Made by a program: the position numbers and the translations under genes
Shown: one piece after another, positions 59,301 through 64,000 of the stretch
How the letters are laid out: each line of letters begins with the position of its first letter
Numbering within the stretch: the first letter of the stretch is position 1
The notes under the pieces: model-generated
Database searches by the model: none
The model's input: the letters and a program-made list of their open reading frames with translations, nothing else
Told to the model about the DNA's origin: nothing
Assembly (NCBI RefSeq): GCF_902459465.1
Contig: NC_047071.1
Location: 10,726,001-10,790,000, forward strand
From: Asterias rubens
Lineage: Eukaryota
DNA length: 64,000 nucleotides
Reading direction: 5' to 3'

Positions 59301-62300
59301 GGGTTAAGGGGGATTCAGAAAAAAAGCGGGAAGGCTATTTCTGTGTATATATATATTTTATATTTGTTGGTTTGGTTATTGCTGAAATAAACAGAATGAG
59401 TTATCGTTTTGTTTGTTTCGGGTTCTTTATGATGACAATAATTTCATGTGGAATAAATGAAATAATGAATGTAAATTGTTCCACTATTCTGCTGTTAAGA
59501 ACCGAACATTAAAAATGTAAAATGAAAATTAATAGTAATTATCGCAACTCGTTCATGGTTTATTTTTGTGGACACTTAGTAACTGCACGTTGAACAAACG
59601 GAGAAGCACATTGTGATACCCCGTTCCTTGCATCTCATGGTCGGGTTAAAGGCAGTGGACACTATTGGCAATTACTCAAAATAATCATTAGCAAAATTCT
59701 TTCTTGGTGATGAGTAATGGGGAGAGGTTGATTGTATTAAACATTGTGAGAAACGGCTCCCTCTGAAGTAACGTAGTCTCGAAAAAGAAGTAATTTGCAT
59801 CGAATTTGATTTCGAGACCTCAGAATGCACATAACTTCGTGTGACAAGGTGTTTTTTCTTTCATTGGTATCTTTGATTCTTTGACGACCAATTGAGCTCA
59901 AATTTTAACAGGTTTGTTAGTGTATGCGTATGTTGAGATACGCCAAGTGAGAAGACTGGTCTTTGACAATTACCAATAGTGTTTAGTGTATTAGTGGCCA
60001 ATCATCATACAGGCCCGTGAACATCTTTAAAAAAAAAATACTGAATTCAGTTTACGGTGTTTTTTGTTTGCTGTTTCTTGTTCTTTTATCTTTCTTTTTT
60101 TTAGACACCGGAAGAGTTCCGCCGTGAAATGTCGGAAGTCTTAGGTTACAATGTAACTCTAAATGATCCGGACCTGACTTCCTCTGCGTACGACGGCGTG
60201 TGGGCCCTGGCACTGGCATTGCAGGATGCCGAGCGGGCTCTTAATCGTAGTCTCGTTTCCTTCCGTTACGGCGACGAAGAGTTCGCCAAGGTTGTCGGAG
60301 AGATGATTCTCAAGCAGGAATTTGCTGGAATGAAGGTAAACTGAGTAAGAATCCTGAGGGGGGGGGGGGGGACTTTGGCCTCCGTTGTCGGAAATTTATG
60401 TTTCGGTATACGATAACTGTTTTGTACTAAGTCCTCTCCATCCACTAAAAAGCGGTGTGGCATGGGATCATGTTCCCTTCCCCTGGAGATAATAGGGACT
60501 TTTCGTTTTTGACGACGGATGGTTCTGCGACGGTAAAGATGACATTTGGCGTCATCTGCGCATGCGTCGGCTTTGAGGACGGTCGTCCCTCAATTTCTAC
60601 GACAGTACTTGGGATGAATCTTCGTTTTGCTGAAAACGACAACGCTTAGCTGAACAACCGTCGCAAAACCATCTGTCGTCGAAAACGAAAAGTCCCTTAT
60701 GTTCCCATACGGCGAACTATGCACCAACTTCTTCTGGTGCCCCTTTTGGAATATTCCTTGTCCAGCCCGTGTTAGTTTCCTATGGGGGTAGGGGGGGGGG
60801 GTAGGGGACACAGAATCTCCGGTGGGGGGAGGGGGGACAGACGTCTCCGGGCCCCAGGACAACGGCTGATTTCCTTTGGATAATTCTTTTCAAAGCTATA
60901 GTCTCCCCTATTCCAAAATCCACTCAGCGGCAGTAGATTTAAAAAGAAAAAAGAAAAGAAAAAAAAAAACCTACGTTAATTGCATCAAATGTTCGCAACA
61001 ATTGCTTTTAAATAGATTGGATAATAATAGCTCGTGTTTGAAACACGGTCTATTTGTTTGCAATACAATATGAAGCGGAAACAAGATCAATCCTGCCTAC
61101 GCAGAGTTAAAAAAAAAACATTACAGCTTTGGTCTAGACGTTTCTAAAAGAAGGACAACTGAAGGTTAATTGTTAGGTAAAATCTTGAGCACTCAGCTCT
61201 CTCAAGAACCATCGCCGTCGGCGAAAATGTCATTTCAGAGGAAAATAACATTCCCTTTGTTTACTTTTATCGTTGTAGGGAGCAATCAAATTTGCGGAGA
61301 CTGGACATGTGTTTGCGAATTCACTGATTAAACAAAATGTCGGTGAGTATTATGATTTTTTTTTTTTTTTTTTTTTTTTTACATCCTATTAAAAACAATG
61401 TTCCTCCTTTTTGTGCGTTGTATACCATAATGTCATTTCCTCTATGATCTGCTTCGTCTTAAGAGCTACACAACTAATAACTTGTTTTAAAACTTTTGTT
61501 GACCTCCCGGATCAACCGGAAGTGTGAGTATATCTCAAGAACTACACAACCGCTTTTCAAACTTTTCTCCGTTAAAGATTTCTTTGTCATAGGAATATAT
61601 GCCTTAGGTAACCGTGGGCGACCCCGTGTTGACTTTTACTTCCGGGTCAACCGGAAGTGGGGCCTTATCTCAAGAAGTACACAGCCGATTTGGAAACTTT
61701 CTTTCAGTTATAGACTCCTTTTGGGCATAGGAGATTAGCCTTGGGTAATCATGACCCTGGGTAGACATTTGCTTCCGGGTCAACTGGAGTGGGACCATTG
61801 TCTCAAGAACAAAACAACCGATTTTAAAACCCCTTTTCAGTTAAAGACCCATTGGGCATTGGAGATCAGCCTTAGGTCACCGCGACCCATATTGACCTTT
61901 TACTTACAGGTCAACCGGAAGTGGGACCATATCTCAAGAACTAAACAACAGATTAAAAAAATTCACGTTGAACACAGCCACTTGATGTACATTGTCTCTT
62001 TTTCATGATTCGTGTATTATGAATTGTCTTCCAAATTCTTACAAGTTAATACCATTTTAAATCCATTACTAAAAGGTGGTAAAGGGATACTCGTGGGAAC
62101 CATGGATACCCATACCAAGATCATTGTATGGACTGTTCCAACAGAAACCTTATGGTACTACAGTGGTGAGTTTATGATCATGAAATAAAAATTTTTTGAA
62201 AGACACTGGACACCTGGGTAATGTCAAAGGCCAGTACTCCCACTAATTTTATGTAATAGGCCTACCAATGTATGCATAATAGCAAATCTTTTAAAATTTT

Positions 62301-63745
62301 GACTCAATTGGTCATCAAAGTTGCAAAAATAATAATGAAAGAAAAGACACCCTTGTTGCACAATGTGTGTGCTTTCAGATGCCTAAAAAAGTATTTTAGT
62401 GAGAAATTACCCCCCTTCTCAATAACTACGCTACTCCTGAGGGAGCCGTTTATGAAAATGTTTTATAATATCAACAGCTCCCCATTACTGGGGTAGAATC
62501 TCGGGGGTGGGGGGGGGGGGGGACACAGAATCTCCTGCCACAACGGCCATATTAATGTTGAAACATTTAAAGACAGTGGACACTATTGGTAACTGTCAAA
62601 GACTAGTCTTCACGGTTGGTGTATCTCAACATATGCATAAAATAACAAACCTGTGAAAATTTGAGCTCAATCGGTCATCGAACTTGCGAGTTAATAATGA
62701 AAGAAAAAAACACCCTTGTCAAACGAAGAGGTCTCGAAATCAAATTCGTGGAAAATTACTTCTTTCTCGAAAACTATGGCACTTCAGAGGGAGCCGTTTC
62801 TCACAATGTTTTATACCATCAACCTCTCCCCGTTACTCTTCACCAAGAAATGTTTTATGCTAATAATTATTTTGAGTAATTACCAATAGTGTCCACTGCC
62901 TTTAAAAGGAATGAAATTACTCAGTTTAAGTTAAGTTCACTTAAATATGTCACGTGTTTTTTGTTTGGTGGTCGTCTTGTGCGTTGAAGGTGGCAAACCG
63001 CCCTATGACTCTGACATCACAGTGACTATCGACGTCCTTCAAGCCACGCCCATTTCTGTCATGGCTACAGTATCTACACTGGCTGGACTGGGTATCATTC
63101 TGGCTAGTCTATTCCTTGGCTTTAACGTATGGAATCGTAAACACAAGTGAGTCACTATTATCGTTAGTAAGCCACACTACTAGAAATTTCTTGGGAAAAG
63201 TTTAAAACTTTAACTGACGTCATCATGAAACAGAGTTCTTTGGTACAACACTTCGGCAGTAATATTATACAGGTTTAAGTAAAGTACAACAGTTTGCGAA
63301 GAAAATAAAAAAAAAAGAACTTTAAGGTTTCAGAACCGTAGGTAAATAAGTGAAGAAAAGGTACTTCCTTCGAATGTCCCCTTGCTACTCATTTCAGGAC
63401 TAGGCTTTAGACCATCCGATAATGCAAGAGACACCGCCGAACTTCACTGAATAAATCAATTAAAAGTACCATTTAATAATCACCATGTGATTAAATTAAT
63501 GGGTTAATAAAAACAAAATATGTCTTAAAAACGCGCATGACTCCTCGATACATTTTTTTTATTTCGAACGAAATTTACTGTCAACTTTATTTAACCTCCT
63601 TTTAAATTTTAGACACGTGAAGATGTCGAGCCCCAAACTGAACAACATAATTGCATTCGGCATAATGGTGGCGTACGTGAGTGTCATTCTACTGGGTATA
63701 GATGGATCGATGGTCAGTAGAGATGCCTTACTCCGGGTCTGCAAG
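47367..63745 (+). CDS. GABA-B-receptor-like class C GPCR, partial (continues beyond the right edge). Exons: 47367-47600, 50641(or 50635)-50772, 55500-55670, 56642-56743, 57638-57703, 58920-59111, 60105-60335, 61279-61342, 62076-62165, 62990-63146, 63613-63745
   Basis: Eleven exons join in frame. Signal peptide, then Venus-flytrap motifs (LRIGGL, INARSDVLPDY, FGWGKIATLQ, ARIIVASFFEDKVRKVFC, MYGANYVWMIPG, AYDGVWALALAL), then PPYD, TM1, FNVWNRKHK and KMSSPKLNNII...LLGIDG, typical of the GABA-B family. Too divergent to call GABBR1 or GABBR2. An upstream in-frame ATG exists at 47301. Confidence 0.88.
49425..50367. repeat. Tandem repeat, 145-bp unit, ~6.5 near-identical copies (GABA-B-like intron 1)
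   Basis: ATAGGTCCTCACTAGTC starts at 49425, 49570, 49715, 49860, 50005, 50150 and 50295. Confidence 0.95.
51267..51518 (+). mobile_element. ~250-bp MITE, same family as 31120-31358
   Basis: GGTGCGTCCGTTTAGCTTCCCTG / CAGAGAAGCTAAACGAACGCACC. Confidence 0.8.
52107..52493 (-). mobile_element. Kolobok-type MITE, full-length, inverted
   Basis: TTAA at both ends; reverse complement of 42605-42991. Confidence 0.88.
53598..53890. mobile_element. 293-bp TAG...CTA MITE with 9-bp TSD, nested in a Kolobok-type MITE
   Basis: 41-bp TIR TAGCCTT(GC/AA)TCAAGGCAGTCG(C/A)ATTATTC(G/A)CTCCGAAAAAA. CAGAGGGAG at 53589-53597 and 53891-53899 restores the host sequence. Confidence 0.85.
54134..55109. mobile_element. 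976-bp Harbinger-type non-autonomous element with CAG TSD, nested in a Kolobok-type MITE (54094-55451)
   Basis: TIR GGCCCAATTTCATAGAGCTGCT perfect at both ends. CAG at 54131-54133 and 55110-55112 restores the host AAAGACCAGTC. Many TGCTTAAGCA motifs. Single ends of the family at ~5190-5225 and ~13563-13600. Confidence 0.88.
55960..56095. repeat. Long inverted repeat (perfect 32-bp core arms, ~53-bp imperfect arms, 30-nt spacer)
   Basis: 55981-56012 is the exact reverse complement of 56043-56074. Confidence 0.9.
57337..57531 (+). mobile_element. Deu-type SINE, 3' half
   Basis: CTTATCGAAAA...GGGGTTCGCCCCGGTG...CACCTTGTAAACC...ATAAGACTTTGATATTATTAT. Confidence 0.7.
57880..58046 (+). mobile_element. 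RTE-clade LINE 3' fragment
   Basis: Reads KNRRGRPQKRWINDII...RAKDKKEWR...stop, the RGRP..RW.D / A.DR..WR signature of RTE ORF C-termini. Confidence 0.7.
60494..60697. mobile_element. 204-bp fold-back MITE (Harbinger-like)
   Basis: ~40-bp arms AGGGACTTTTCGTTTT(T/C)GACGAC(G/A)GATGGTT(C/T)TGCGACGGT. Confidence 0.8.
61495..61960. repeat. Degenerate tandem repeat, ~132-bp unit, ~3.5 copies
   Basis: TCAAC(C/T)GGA(A)GT...TCTCAAGAA recurs at about 61512, 61647, 61780 and 61911. Confidence 0.75.
62566..62905 (-). mobile_element. Kolobok-type MITE, inverted, small internal deletion
   Basis: TTAA at both ends with near-intact TIRs. Confidence 0.85.
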
Positions 63746-64000
63746 GTAAGGTTTTCATGCATGTAGTAGCTCTCCGTGATAACGGAATACTTTTTTAAAC
63801 AATTCATTCCTGAAATGTTATGTTTTTGTATCGTTACAAAAAAACTATGGCACTTCAGGGGAGCCATTTCTCACAATGTTTTATACCATTAACCTCTCCC
63901 CATTACTCGTCACCAAGAAAGGTTTTATGATAATAATTATTTTGAGTAATTACCAATAGTGTCCTAAGCTTAAAAAAATGCGTGCAGACCATCATAGAGA

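Overview
Eukaryotic (metazoan) genomic DNA with GT-AG spliced genes and many interspersed repeats. The gene set, the Deu-type and V-type SINEs and the Kolobok/Harbinger MITE load suggest an invertebrate deuterostome such as a sea star (inference only). Six protein-coding loci could be assembled by hand with consistent exon phases: (1) the 5' part of cytosolic carboxypeptidase 1 (AGTPBP1/CCP1-like, minus strand, running off the left edge); (2) an unrecognised ~405-aa, probably four-pass membrane protein with a basic, S/TP-rich N-terminus (minus strand, 17657-12124); (3) a complete 12-exon PDIA3/ERp57 (485 aa, two CGHC sites, C-terminal PDEL); (4,5) two tandem rhodopsin-class GPCRs with intronless CDSs and NRL/NRY in place of DRY; (6) the 5' part of a divergent GABA-B-like class C GPCR (plus strand, running off the right edge). 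An intact tRNA-Val(AAC) lies between the divergently transcribed membrane-protein gene and PDIA3. The rest is dense in non-autonomous DNA transposons (about 19 copies of one TTAA-flanked Kolobok-type MITE, TAA/CAG-flanked Harbinger-type MITEs, and elements with 6-, 8- and 9-bp TSDs), SINEs, L2/CR1/RTE fragments and tandem repeats. The most interesting observations are the orphan membrane protein and the tandem copies of its C-terminus in the 3' UTR, a 72-bp identical tract between otherwise diverged GPCR paralogues, an in-frame cryptic donor in AGTPBP1, and an orientation bias of the main MITE relative to host transcription. No prokaryotic-type system (CRISPR, operon) is present. All assignments rest on motif recognition without database searches.
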